From Nitrososphaerales archaeon (GTDB lineage: Archaea; Thermoproteota; Nitrososphaeria; Nitrososphaerales; Gagatemarchaeaceae), in contig JASHPA010000196.1 in the NCBI GenBank assembly GCA_030038365.1, positions 8,900 to 72,899 of the forward strand: a stretch of DNA of 64,000 bases, read 5' to 3'. Within the stretch, counting starts at the first letter, position 1. Each line of letters opens with the position of its first letter. Both the position numbers and the translations under genes were made by a program. Shown here piece by piece: positions 9,247-18,010 of this stretch. Below the pieces are notes generated by a model. The model had not been told where the DNA came from. It worked only from the letters and a program-made list of their open reading frames with translations, and made no database searches.

Positions 9247-10557
9247 CTATCCGAGTTCCTTGACACGCTTCAGATAGAGGTCTGCCAGCTCCTGGGCCTC
9301 CTTCGTGGATTTGGACTCAGCCGAGACCCTGACCGCGTCCTCGGTGCCCGAGACTCTCACGAGCACCCAGGAACGTCCGGATGTCTCGATCCTGATCCCA
9401 TCAAGCGCGTCAGCTTCCGGATACTCTTTCTGCAGCCTCTTGATCGCAGCGAGCCCCTTCTTCCTGTCCATCGGGACCTTGACTCGCGCTTGTTCATAGG
9501 AAGGCACCTCACGGAAGACCCTGCGCCCACTCTTCCTCAGGGCCTTCACGATTACGGACACGGCTATCATCGAGTCGCGGCAGTAGTTGTAGTCGCCGTA
9601 GATTAGTCCGCCGCTGCTGCCCTCGCCGCCAAGGGAACTACCCTCCTCTGTCATGCGCGATACGACATTGGCCTCGCCGACCTTCGATCTGTAGACCGTT
9701 CCTCCAGCCTGAGATACGACATCGGTCACCGCGCGAGATGTGTCTGCCGACACGACCACTGCGCGGTTCTCAAGACCGGGCAGGATGTTCTTTATGGCGA
9801 GCGCCAGCATGAAGTCTCCGGTCCTCTTCTCGCCTTCATTGTCGACGAGGACGAGCCTGTCGCCATCGCAGTCAAAGGCGAAACCGACGTCCGACTTACG
9901 CTCCTTCACGGTCTTCCTCAGCAGGTTCAGGCTGTCATTCGTTGGGTCGATGGTCCTGCTGAAGATTCCGGGCGTCCCCCCGATAATGCTCACCTTACAA
10001 CCAAGGCCCTCGAGTATCGGCGGGGCGTGACCTATGGCGGCACCCCCGTTCAGGTCTACAGCTGCGGAGACGCCGGCGGCGCTTCCCTTTCCGTACATCT
10101 CGATCAGCTCCTGATTGTACGACGGCTTCACCCCGGACGAGATGGTCCCGCGGACCTGCGCCGCGCCCTTTTCCTTCGCCTCGAGCACCCCGTCGAGCTC
10201 CGGCTGCGTTATCCCCCTGCCGCTAAGGACGAACTTCAGCCCATTCCATTCGGGCTCATTGTGCGAGGCGGTTACGATCAGGGCAGGTAGACCCTTGATC
10301 CTGCTCTCACGGAAGAGCGCCGGCGTAGACACCACGCCGTAGTCGGTCACCTTGGCCCCCTGGCCAGCGAGAGTGCCGCAAACCAGCTTGGCTATCGACT
10401 CCCCGGAACGGCGCGTATCTCTTCCCACCAGAAACTCGGAGTAGGGCTTCACAGCCGCGAATCCCGCGACGTACCTCACGAGTTCTGAGGGAAGAAGGTC
10501 CTGACCGACTATCCCTCTTATCCCGCTTATCGAGGCGACGACCATCTGCGCGGGCAC
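9247..10557 (-). CDS. phosphoglucomutase/phosphomannomutase-family enzyme (second paralog)
   Basis: 436 aa. Motifs TASHNEPEWNGLKF, AFDCDGDR and GGEGSSG. Confidence 0.88.
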   Translation of the reverse strand: MPAQMVVASISGIRGIVGQDLLPSELVRYVAGFAAVKPYSEFLVGRDTRRSGESIAKLVCGTLAGQGAKVTDYGVVSTPALFRESRIKGLPALIVTASHNEPEWNGLKFVLSGRGITQPELDGVLEAKEKGAAQVRGTISSGVKPSYNQELIEMYGKGSAAGVSAAVDLNGGAAIGHAPPILEGLGCKVSIIGGTPGIFSRTIDPTNDSLNLLRKTVKERKSDVGFAFDCDGDRLVLVDNEGEKRTGDFMLALAIKNILPGLENRAVVVSADTSRAVTDVVSQAGGTVYRSKVGEANVVSRMTEEGSSLGGEGSSGGLIYGDYNYCRDSMIAVSVIVKALRKSGRRVFREVPSYEQARVKVPMDRKKGLAAIKRLQKEYPEADALDGIRIETSGRSWVLVRVSGTEDAVRVSAESKSTKEAQELADLYLKRVKELG

Positions 10558-10593
10558 CGAGTTACAAATTCACCTGCAACAAGTGAACTGTTT

Positions 10594-11136
10594 TTGAGTT
10601 CCGGCCTTTTGACTTTCCGAGGTTGCCTTGACTCCACCTTGCCCCTCAAGGTGTTCAAAGCGAAGAGAAACATTTCTCTGGGAGAGTACAAGTTCACCCA
10701 GATATTCATCGGCGTAGAGAACTCCCCGACCCTTCTTAGGCTCTTCGGTTCACAGAGGAGCATGCTCAAGACGATTCATCATCTCAAGCTGAGAATAGTA
10801 GACTCCGACTGGGGCATCTGGCTCGATCACAACACCGGGTCTGTATGCATAGGCTCGAAGTACCTCGCTTCCGCAAGGATAAACTGCCTCTATCTGGACG
10901 TGATTCACGTGCTGGTGCACGTCAAGCAGTTCCTCGACGGGAGGGACCTCTACGACCAGACCTTCGAATATGTGGACAGACCTACCGAGATAGAAGCCTA
11001 CCGATACACGATAGATGAAGCAAAGCGGCTTCAGATGAGTGAAGATGAGATACTGAAGTATCTGCGAGTCGACGCGGTGGACGACTCCGAACTCGGCCGC
11101 CTCATCGAGAAGATAGGCGTGCGGCAGAGACGCTAG
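10594..11136 (+). CDS. hypothetical protein (possible degenerate gluzincin-like fold); start uncertain, an ATG at 10762 is an alternative
   Basis: 180-aa ORF. It contains IHVLVH (HxxxH with Val where a zincin would have the catalytic Glu) and PTEIEAY 23-25 residues later. No family recognised with confidence. Confidence 0.4.
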   Translation: MSSGLLTFRGCLDSTLPLKVFKAKRNISLGEYKFTQIFIGVENSPTLLRLFGSQRSMLKTIHHLKLRIVDSDWGIWLDHNTGSVCIGSKYLASARINCLYLDVIHVLVHVKQFLDGRDLYDQTFEYVDRPTEIEAYRYTIDEAKRLQMSEDEILKYLRVDAVDDSELGRLIEKIGVRQRR

Positions 11137-11175
11137 TCAGCGAATTTGCCCAAGTCCTGCGAAGATGCTGTCGGC

Positions 11176-11526
11176 TTAGTGGCCGCCACAGCCACATGAG
11201 CCGGCCTGCACGTTCGGGTTTATGATTCTAAAGCCTCTCCTCTGCAGGCTCTCGCTGTAGTCGATTCTGGCGCCTCTGAGTATGTCCACGTTGTTCTTGT
11301 CGGTGACGACCTTTATACTCTCAATCTCTTCGAAGACGTCGTCCGGTCTCGCCTTGTCGTCCAAGGCCATTCCATACTTGTAACCGCCACTGCATGCGCA
11401 GCCGCCGCCGGAAGCGTAGACATCTATCCTGAGGAATGCATGCGAGGCGTTTTCCTCCTTCAAGACCTCCATCAGCTTCTGCCTTGCTGGACTGCTGAAC
11501 TGGATTATGGGGTCTATCTTCTGCAT
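11176..11526 (-). CDS. iron-sulfur cluster insertion/assembly protein (HesB/IscA/ErpA family)
   Basis: 116 aa. It has an internal GGGCACSGGY and the C-terminal GSCGCGGH cysteine signature of A-type carriers. Confidence 0.85.
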   Translation of the reverse strand: MQKIDPIIQFSSPARQKLMEVLKEENASHAFLRIDVYASGGGCACSGGYKYGMALDDKARPDDVFEEIESIKVVTDKNNVDILRGARIDYSESLQRRGFRIINPNVQAGSCGCGGH

Positions 11527-11587
11527 ATCAAGATGCGCAACCTTGACTTGGTATTTATGCGTTACTTACTTTTCCTTCGCGGGCCTC

Positions 11588-11872
11588 TCACTGGCCAACG
11601 TCGAATCCCTGGCCGCTCTGCGGATTCACCCTTCTGGACAGGAAGAACGAGAGGAAGAGTATCAGGACCATCGCTATCGAGATTAGCACCCCAATGAGAA
11701 TCAGTGTGCCGGAACCAGGTCCGGCACCAAAAGCTAATGGAAACGGACCAATGAAAACGACCCCGCCGAACGACGTGGAAGACGAACCGCCGGCACTGCC
11801 TAGGAATAGGATGGCCGTCCCGACGAATAGGAGCAGAAAACCCACCAGGTACAGGCGTGAGGCTTTCATCAT
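11588..11872 (-). CDS. small archaeal membrane protein (DUF131-like), tandem paralog 2
   Basis: Likely start MMKASRLYLVGFLLLFVGTAILFLG at 11872, 2 nt after the upstream paralog's stop. GGVVFIGPFPLAFG matches the GVVMIGPIPIIFG motif of its neighbour. Confidence 0.55.
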   Translation of the reverse strand: MMKASRLYLVGFLLLFVGTAILFLGSAGGSSSTSFGGVVFIGPFPLAFGAGPGSGTLILIGVLISIAMVLILFLSFFLSRRVNPQSGQGFDVGQ

Positions 11873-11874
11873 CT

Positions 11875-12111
11875 TCACCTCAGGTTCGTCAGCAATCCGA
11901 GTGCTAGGAGAACGATTGCCAGAATTATGGCCACTACCACCCACTTCGTGTCGTTACCGAAGATAATCGGAATGGGTCCGATCATCACGACCCCCGCTGC
12001 CTTGACCTTGGACCCATCCTTCTCTTCCTTGGATGTCGCGACAGTGGCGATGAATATGAGAGCCACGCCTGCGAGTATGACTACGATGCCCACCAAGGAG
12101 TAGTCGAACAT
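11875..12111 (-). CDS. small archaeal membrane protein (DUF131-like), tandem paralog 1
   Basis: 78 aa with two TM helices flanking the KAAGVVMIGPIPIIFG core, which is shared with the downstream paralog. Confidence 0.6.
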   Translation of the reverse strand: MFDYSLVGIVVILAGVALIFIATVATSKEEKDGSKVKAAGVVMIGPIPIIFGNDTKWVVVAIILAIVLLALGLLTNLR

Positions 12112-12135
12112 CGTTCCCTTTTTCTCACGAGGCCG

Positions 12136-12143
12136 TTTATATA
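12136..12143 (+). promoter_or_regulatory. TATA box for the zinc-ribbon gene
   Basis: TTTATATA lies 31-38 nt upstream of the ATG at 12174. Confidence 0.5.
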
Positions 12144-12173
12144 CCCTTGAGGGGATTCGGCGACAACTCTTTC

Positions 12174-12341
12174 ATGGCCGAGTACAGGTATTGCGAGAAG
12201 TGTATGATGCGGACGGAGCACGAGCTTGTGGAGGATACCCGCCGCTACAACCCGAGGGGGCGTGGGCTGTACAAGTGCAGGAAGTGCGGACGCGTAAAAT
12301 CGATGCGGCACCTAAGGCCCAGTTCCGAGATAGGGTACTGA
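12174..12341 (+). CDS. small zinc-ribbon protein
   Basis: MAEYRYCEKCMMRTEHELVEDTRRYNPRGRGLYKCRKCGRV has a CxxC...CxxC pair. The 3' end overlaps the convergent glycosyltransferase gene by ~30 nt. Confidence 0.5.
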   Translation: MAEYRYCEKCMMRTEHELVEDTRRYNPRGRGLYKCRKCGRVKSMRHLRPSSEIGY

Positions 12342-13745
12342 TTCCTCCTTGGCTGCCGGTATCGTGTGCCTGGAATCGCTTCGCGTTATGAGATAGTCGG
12401 AGAGCGCCGGGACCATCAGTGCGAAACCGACGATGACAGCCGACGGAATCGGCCAGTCCGACCCCACGTACCTCAACCACCACGTGTCCATACCTCCCCG
12501 AAGGAACAGAGGCAATGTCCAGGTCAGGAAGGCCGGGGTCGATGAGTTGTACATCGGAGTCACGGCCGAGGTGAGACCAGCGATGCCGTTGATGAATACG
12601 CCGACTCCGTAGAGCGTGTAGGCGAGGGTCTGCATCCCCCTCTCCTTTTTCTCTATGATTGCCCCTGCCGGGAGTATAAGGAATGGTATGGCGGCCACCA
12701 GGAACCTGGGACCGAAACCCTCTCCGCCCGAGGGGTCGTACCACATGGAGTACGGGATGAATATACCGAGGAAGAAGGCCAGCAGAAGCACGGTCTCGTT
12801 CTTGTAGGAGGACTTGCTCATCTCATAGAATCCGAAGACGCCGAAGACGAGGAAGATGGAATAGATGAACAATCCCCTGTACGGAGAGAAGAGGTTCAGA
12901 TAGGCGCCAAGATAGAGAGGATAAGAGAACTCATCGAGCAGGCTCGTTGCGTGGAGGTATAGCTGCTCGCTCCCGGTCAGGGGACTCCCGAAGTTCACGT
13001 AGTTGTACAGCCCTATGAGCACCAACCCGAGGGTGGCGGTGGAAACAAAGGCAAGGATAGGCTTCACACGCGGTTCTTTCTTGTCCCTTAGCACGAGGAA
13101 GACATAGAACAGGATTATCGGCAGGAATATCGCGTCTATGTAGTCGACGAACATCCCGACCGCGACGGCCACACCAGCCATAGCACACTCGAACAGCCTC
13201 GAATCGGGATGACGTGTCGCGCGAATCGTGAAGTAGGCCGCCAGCAGACAGAACAACGCGGAGACGTCGCTCTGGAAGAAGTAGGTCGCGAAGGCCCAGC
13301 TGATGGTCGAGAAGGCGTAGACGAACGCTAGGAACGCGGAGATCTTCTTCGAGAAGAAGAACCGTCCTACCAGGTACACGAGAGAGGAAGCGAAGGCGTT
13401 CGTGAGCGCGACGAAGAACTCGGAGAAGACCGTCGCGTGGCCGAAGACTGTGAACTGGCCATCAAGGACGAACCCTATGGCGACTATCGGGAGGGCGAGG
13501 ATGGGGGTTCCCGGTGCCAGCGCACTGTAGTAGTTTCCATTGTACTCGAAGTCGTCTACGGAGTTGGGCTTGAAGTTGCTTCCGCCCAGGATGAACGAAT
13601 GACGCGTCCAGAGGGACCAGTCGAGCTCGAGGAAGCTCGTCGCGTGGTCGATGGCCCATACCCCATTCAGACAGAACGTGTAGACGACGAGGGTCGTGAC
13701 GAAGATGAGCAGTCCCGTCGTCAGACGCAGACGCAAAAAAACCAT
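12312..13745 (-). CDS. polytopic membrane glycosyltransferase (GT-C fold, PMT/ArnT-like)
   Basis: Probable start is MVFLRLRL at 13745; the ORF track extends to 13931. About 12 hydrophobic segments and the aromatic-rich loops typical of dolichyl/undecaprenyl-phosphate-sugar transferases. The family call is by architecture only. Confidence 0.6.
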   Translation of the reverse strand: MVFLRLRLTTGLLIFVTTLVVYTFCLNGVWAIDHATSFLELDWSLWTRHSFILGGSNFKPNSVDDFEYNGNYYSALAPGTPILALPIVAIGFVLDGQFTVFGHATVFSEFFVALTNAFASSLVYLVGRFFFSKKISAFLAFVYAFSTISWAFATYFFQSDVSALFCLLAAYFTIRATRHPDSRLFECAMAGVAVAVGMFVDYIDAIFLPIILFYVFLVLRDKKEPRVKPILAFVSTATLGLVLIGLYNYVNFGSPLTGSEQLYLHATSLLDEFSYPLYLGAYLNLFSPYRGLFIYSIFLVFGVFGFYEMSKSSYKNETVLLLAFFLGIFIPYSMWYDPSGGEGFGPRFLVAAIPFLILPAGAIIEKKERGMQTLAYTLYGVGVFINGIAGLTSAVTPMYNSSTPAFLTWTLPLFLRGGMDTWWLRYVGSDWPIPSAVIVGFALMVPALSDYLITRSDSRHTIPAAKEESVPYLGTGP

Positions 13746-14192
13746 CGGGGGCCGCGGGCCTATTCGATATGTGTCTTTGCCCGAACAACAGAGTAGAAGG
13801 GCCAGTGACGAGTTTTGATCCAAATTACCCCCAACACTTACGAGGCGTTTGAAGCCGATGCTAGAAGAGAAAGGAGTACAGAAGAATTGTAATTTTCGGC
13901 GCAGAAGGCTGGAAATATACCGTTTGATCACTCCAATTCCGCCTAGGCATCCGGTCTTGAATGCCCAGATTGGATTGGACGCGATGAGACGGACGCCTGT
14001 TCAAAGAGAACTAGACGCATGTCCAGTCGAAGCCAGACTCGTAAGTCTAAAATATGATTCTAACGTTACTTTCCACGCTCACTGCTTCCGTAACGATAGA
14101 TCGTGTCCCTGACAACCTTATTCTCCGGTCTGAATAGCTCCTCACGATTCTAGTCCGCTCTTTTCTCCCGCGTAGTATCCTAAGCGAGCCTA

Positions 14193-14804
14193 CTATCTCC
14201 ACCAGATTCCGTTGTTCTTCTGTTCCGTTGGTGCTAAACCGAATCTCTTCCTTTCGGTTTGTCTGATGTTGAACTGTCCCTTGCTCCTTTTTATGACGGA
14301 CGAAGATAATTCATCGATGAATGAGACACAAAAGCTGGGAACACCTGTCTCAAATCTTGCAACCTCTCCGAAGACTGTCGTAGGGTCTCCTTTTCTGACT
14401 CGAGACGATATCGGATCCCAAACCATAGAGAAGAATGGCCAAGCCAAATCTGTGAGAATTGGACGTGACGGGAGGACCTACATATCGGCTCGGGAACTTG
14501 GTATGTTGGTCAAGAGCTCGAAAAATGCCAACGGCATCATCGAAGTTCCAGCAAAAATCACATACTCCCATTCAAAATCACTGTGCGCAGTCCCACGGGC
14601 TCCTTCCTCACCTATCACTCCTACAAAGGAGGTGCCGAATTCAGACCGGTACTCCCAAGGAATCGTCTCGCACCAGGGTAGCGTGTTTGGATAACACTGG
14701 AGCCGCTCTCCCGTGATTCTTTCGTTTACGGTATTCAGAGCTTTGAACTCGCTAGTCAAGACTTGAAGCGCTGGGAAGCTGAAAGAGTTGTTGTGTCGAC
14801 TCAT
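14193..14804 (-). pseudogene. orphan 203-codon frame interrupted by one in-frame TAG (14478-14480)
   Basis: ORFs 14478..14804 and 14193..14447 are in the same frame and are separated only by TAG plus 10 sense codons (..SSRADM*VLPSRPILTDLAWPFF..). The sequence is Trp/Phe-rich and looks globular. The opposite-strand ORF 14212..14694 is Ser/Thr/Pro-rich and looks like an antisense shadow. Confidence 0.3.
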
Positions 14805-14890
14805 TCACAATCCTCGATGATAAGCTTGAGATTCACTTCATTCAGGATCATCCATTGGTCGCGCTTTCAAATTTTGTGCTGTCTGGCCGC

Positions 14891-15631
14891 ATGGGTGAAT
14901 CTCTAGGGGCAAGTAATCAGTACGGCGGGGTCTATCTGCCGTTCGTCATAGTCGACTACATTGGCAGGATGTGGATGATGAGAATCCGTCATGATGGCTC
15001 AAATCGGCCCCAGTTTCAAATTGACCGTGGTGCCGGGTGCGAAACCGTGAGCCTGATATCTTTCGACGGATTCAGGCTGACGTTTCGTTACGGAAGAAGC
15101 GGAGCCGTATCGACCTGTTATCTCTGTCCTCCTTCGGATGAGATGTACGATCTTGCCCCGCCCCGTGCCTACTCTGGAAAGTATCTTGCCTTGGTTCAAA
15201 ACAAGTACTCAAGAGCGTTGATAATTGATAAGGTAAAAATCAAGAGAAATCTTGAACGCCAAATGCTCGACGCCGGATCGGTGTATGATCAGGGTAGAAT
15301 TGGATCAGAAATCGCCTATCTTTGCGCTGTGAGATACCTTGGGTTGCAGAGCGTAGTGCTTGAGGAACCCTCAAAGAACGGAAAAGACCTCTATACAATG
15401 AATAAGCAGTCAGTCATACAAACAAGAATGATTAAAGCTGCACGAAGAGATCACTTCGAACTGAGCGTTCAAACAGAACTTCTCGACCTTATCAGAAAGC
15501 TGGGACAGGATTTCAGGTACAACGGTGAGATGATTCGCGGGTATGGCGCTCTCTCTTTTGTAAACCGACGCAACGATATCAAAACTATCGTTGTAGAGGT
15601 AACAAGAGACACGAGGTTGAGTAGAAGTTGA
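14891..15631 (+). CDS. hypothetical protein (orphan; possible nuclease-like C-terminal half)
   Basis: Open frame from 14855 (TTG) with the first ATG at 14891. The stop lies 1 nt from the 3' end of tRNA-Thr. No recognisable family. The C-terminal GSEIAYLCAV...SKNGKDLY...VIQTRMIK loosely resembles an E...D...(E/Q)xK layout. Confidence 0.4.
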   Translation: MGESLGASNQYGGVYLPFVIVDYIGRMWMMRIRHDGSNRPQFQIDRGAGCETVSLISFDGFRLTFRYGRSGAVSTCYLCPPSDEMYDLAPPRAYSGKYLALVQNKYSRALIIDKVKIKRNLERQMLDAGSVYDQGRIGSEIAYLCAVRYLGLQSVVLEEPSKNGKDLYTMNKQSVIQTRMIKAARRDHFELSVQTELLDLIRKLGQDFRYNGEMIRGYGALSFVNRRNDIKTIVVEVTRDTRLSRS

Positions 15632-15632
15632 G

Positions 15633-15728
15633 AGCCGGCGGAGGGTTTCTCGTACTCCAGCGGAGTTAAGTCGATCCCTCGACCTTGCGCTTACGAGGCG
15701 CACGCTCTTCCAACTGAGCTACGCCGGC
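15633..15728 (-). tRNA. tRNA-Thr(CGU) with a ~23-nt non-canonical intron inside the T-loop
   Basis: Reverse complement: GCCGGCG TA GCTC AGTTGGAA GAGC G TGCGC CTCGTAA GCGCA AGGTC GAGGG [30 nt: ATCGACTTAACTCCGCTGGAGTACGAGAAA] CCCTC CGCCGGC T. All stems pair, and the T-loop carries 23 extra nt containing an ACUCC/GGAGU hairpin. Confidence 0.78.
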
Positions 15729-15755
15729 ACAAGTCACCCGTCCGATTCCTCGTCC

Positions 15756-15763
15756 TTTTAAAA
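15756..15763 (-). promoter_or_regulatory. TATA box for tRNA-Thr
   Basis: Palindromic TTTTAAAA lies 28-35 nt upstream of the tRNA-Thr 5' end (15728). Confidence 0.5.
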
Positions 15764-15785
15764 TGTAGACGGACGCTCGGAAGAG

Positions 15786-15792
15786 TTTTAGA
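15786..15792 (+). promoter_or_regulatory. TATA box for tRNA-Leu
   Basis: TTTTAGA lies 28-34 nt upstream of the tRNA-Leu 5' end (15820). Confidence 0.45.
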
Positions 15793-15819
15793 AGCGCGTC
15801 TATGAAGCGGGAGCTTCGT

Positions 15820-15924
15820 GCGGGGGTCGCCCAGCCTGGTCAACGGCGTGGGACTGAGGTGCCGTCTGGCTCAGACCTCCCATCCCTTAGGGGTTCGTGG
15901 GTTCGAATCCCACCCCCCGCACCA
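15820..15924 (+). tRNA. tRNA-Leu(GAG), class II, with a 17-nt canonical intron; CCA encoded
   Basis: GCGGGGG TC GCC CAGCCTGGTCAAC GGC G TGGGA CTGAGG[TGCCGTCTGGCTCAGAC]C TCCCA TCCCTTAGGGGTTC GTGGG TTCGAAT CCCAC CCCCCGC A CCA. The intron CUCAG pairs with the anticodon-loop CUGAG, as expected for a bulge-helix-bulge (BHB) splice motif. Confidence 0.9.
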
Positions 15925-15931
15925 TACAAAC
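15901..15931 (+). repeat. att-like direct repeat, copy 1 (3' end of the intact tRNA-Leu plus 7 nt)
   Basis: GTTCGAATCCCACCCCCCGCACCATACAAAC is identical to 17500-17530. Weaker similarity continues ~30 nt downstream. Confidence 0.85.
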
Positions 15932-16537
15932 CAGGTCGAAACGAGGTTTCTATCGGGTTCAGCGCGGAAGCACGCGCCGTCCGATTGCGGAGAATCAGTG
16001 CATCCTAGGCAACTTCGTCAGCCCGTCCGCCGCCTTAGATGGCAAGACCACAGCAGAGGCCGCTGAAGGTCGCGATTCAGGAGAGAACAAGTAGGGCCTC
16101 CTGCTTCTCAGAAACGCTCTCGTCAACGACCCGAAACAGCGGAGGAAAAAGCAACCCGATAGCAGGAAAAGAGCCATGACACTTGTTACTAAGACTTTAC
16201 AAGGCTTATACGTTGGAATGCTCCAATAATTACCTACGTTGGACAGACATTTGCCCACATTGACGGTTGCTCTTCCAGCCATTGTCGTCATGGTCCTGCT
16301 CTGTATGAACGGTACCAATACGATTCAGCATGTAATTAGATGCCTCAGGGTATGCCAGTAATATGGGACCATCATATTATGCTGCGTTCATCACAGAGAA
16401 GCCGAACAAGTTACTGCCCGAATTTACCACGTATTCCATGACTGCATACGCCCTGTACGACGGAGGGTCGTATGAAGGTGTACAACCGCTTTGGAATAGT
16501 GGATACTAGTTGCTTTGATGAGGGGCCTTTCTGCACC

Positions 16538-17326
16538 ATGAAAATTCGACGGCAACAAGAACGACGACGAGCGATCTCGCGCCGCGCAGTGACTTTCGCC
16601 GCGATAGCCCTGGTTCTTGTTGCTGCGATAGGCGTTGCAGCGCTAAGGACCTTTTCGATGGCGAGGTCAGCCGAAATAAACTCTACATCTGCCGCCGCCA
16701 CATCCTCCAACGGCGTCGAGCTGAAAGCCTCCGTCAATTCAACGACTCTCGCGGAGGGGCAGGTGTTGAACGTCTCAATCTCTTTGTTCAATACATTATC
16801 CGCACTCAATAACGTCACAACCTCCAACGATGACTGGATGATGCATGGATTTCCAGTCGCAATGTGGCCTCCATGCACTGACAACCTGCCTGTCGAATTT
16901 GACATCCTAGCGGGAAACTACAACGATGCTCAGATTCAGGCCATGAATCCGGACTATGGCAATGCGACATCCTACACGTGTGCGGAGAGCACTTCAGTCC
17001 AGTACGTTGCTTTCCAGCCGAACAGTGACAGCGTCAACCTCACCGCGCTTGTCGGGGTCAACGATTACCTTCACAGCAGAATGGTTGGTTCGTATGACCT
17101 GGATAGCAACTTCACGGTGAGCGGTTACTGGTGGTACCCGGTCACGAGCGCCGACGAGGGAGACCTGAACACGGTCGTGCCGGGAAGTGCACCTGCTCAA
17201 TACACTTTCCAGTACCCCGAGGTGTCTCCGACGGATTCCACTCCGTTCAAGCCGGGAGCCTACACTCTGGTCGTCGGAGATGAATGGGGACAGGTTGTGC
17301 TGATACACTTTCTAGTGAAGGCGTAG
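16538..17326 (+). CDS. membrane-anchored extracellular protein rich in N-glycosylation sequons
   Basis: Likely start MKIRRQQERRRAISRRAVTFAAIALVLVAAIGVAAL, a basic N-terminus followed by a TM anchor. Seven N-x-S/T sequons follow (NST, NST, NVS, NVT, NAT, NLT, NFT). No family recognised. Confidence 0.5.
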   Translation: MKIRRQQERRRAISRRAVTFAAIALVLVAAIGVAALRTFSMARSAEINSTSAAATSSNGVELKASVNSTTLAEGQVLNVSISLFNTLSALNNVTTSNDDWMMHGFPVAMWPPCTDNLPVEFDILAGNYNDAQIQAMNPDYGNATSYTCAESTSVQYVAFQPNSDSVNLTALVGVNDYLHSRMVGSYDLDSNFTVSGYWWYPVTSADEGDLNTVVPGSAPAQYTFQYPEVSPTDSTPFKPGAYTLVVGDEWGQVVLIHFLVKA

Positions 17327-17356
17327 CGTAGACAGGTCGAAGAGCGCATGGTCATG

Positions 17357-17396
17357 AGGGAGTGTCATGTCGAGCTCCTCCGCTTTGACACTCCCT
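17357..17396. repeat. perfect 11-bp inverted repeat (hairpin) downstream of 16538..17326
   Basis: AGGGAGTGTCA (17357-17367) and TGACACTCCCT (17386-17396) are separated by 18 nt. Confidence 0.7.
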
Positions 17397-17499
17397 TGTC
17401 ACTTGGCCGCGCTATATTCCGGCTTGTTCAGGGGCAAATAGTCATCGCCGATTTGGTGGCCCTCCCCTTCAGATAGGGGAACTGAGGGAGGATAGTCAT

Positions 17500-17530
17500 G
17501 TTCGAATCCCACCCCCCGCACCATACAAAC
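17500..17530 (+). repeat. att-like direct repeat, copy 2 (partial tRNA-Leu 3' end, not a functional tRNA)
   Basis: Perfect 31-nt copy of 15901-15931. The upstream TCATG cannot form the T-stem (GTGGG is needed), and no 5' half is present. Confidence 0.85.
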
Positions 17531-17752
17531 TAGCTCAAAGCGAGGTTTGTAATTGGTTTGGAGCCTGTTTTCGGCCACACCAGCAAGAGGTCAAAGGCGG
17601 CCAAGTTCAATTGAATCTCCCGACTCTTTCAGCTCGAGGGGGCACTGGGGTTAGGGCACTCCGCTCCTATCCCTGCTTGCAGTACACTCATCGGGCCGGA
17701 GCACCTCTCTCCGTAGCAAAGCTTATGTGTATACATAGCCGTATATCCAGTT

Positions 17753-18010
17753 ATGGCCAATATCGTCAAGCTACAAAAGATTGGAAATAGCATCAGAGCA
17801 ACCATACCAAAAGAGATCGTCGATGATCTTTCTCTAAGAGAAGGGGAAGATATGATGATAGCTGAAGTTGATGATTACATTCTGCTTAGAAGGAAAAAGG
17901 GAGGCGGAGTCGGTGATGGGCCGTCACAGTTCTTCGGCAAGCTCAAAGCCAAGACCGGAGAGGTGGAACATTGGCCAAGCCCGGAAGAAATCAAGAATAT
18001 CTGGGGATAG
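17753..18010 (+). CDS. vapB: AbrB/SpoVT-fold antitoxin (VapB-like)
   Basis: 85 aa. MANIVKLQKIGNSIRATIPKEIVDDLSLREGEDMMI is the swapped-hairpin AbrB/MazE motif. It lies immediately upstream of and overlaps a PIN gene. The palindrome TGTATACA sits in its promoter region (~17726). Confidence 0.8.
   Translation: MANIVKLQKIGNSIRATIPKEIVDDLSLREGEDMMIAEVDDYILLRRKKGGGVGDGPSQFFGKLKAKTGEVEHWPSPEEIKNIWG

Noticed and set aside
14478-14480. In-frame TAG as a possible pyrrolysine codon
   Set aside because: TAG is used as an ordinary stop by many confident genes here (for example at 1784-1786, 8301-8303 and 42608-42610), and no pyl genes are visible. A pseudogene is the simpler reading.
17846-17885. ATGATGA...CTGA...TGATGA pattern
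   Set aside because: It lies inside the vapB coding frame (EDMMIAEVDDYIL) and lacks a terminal D box.
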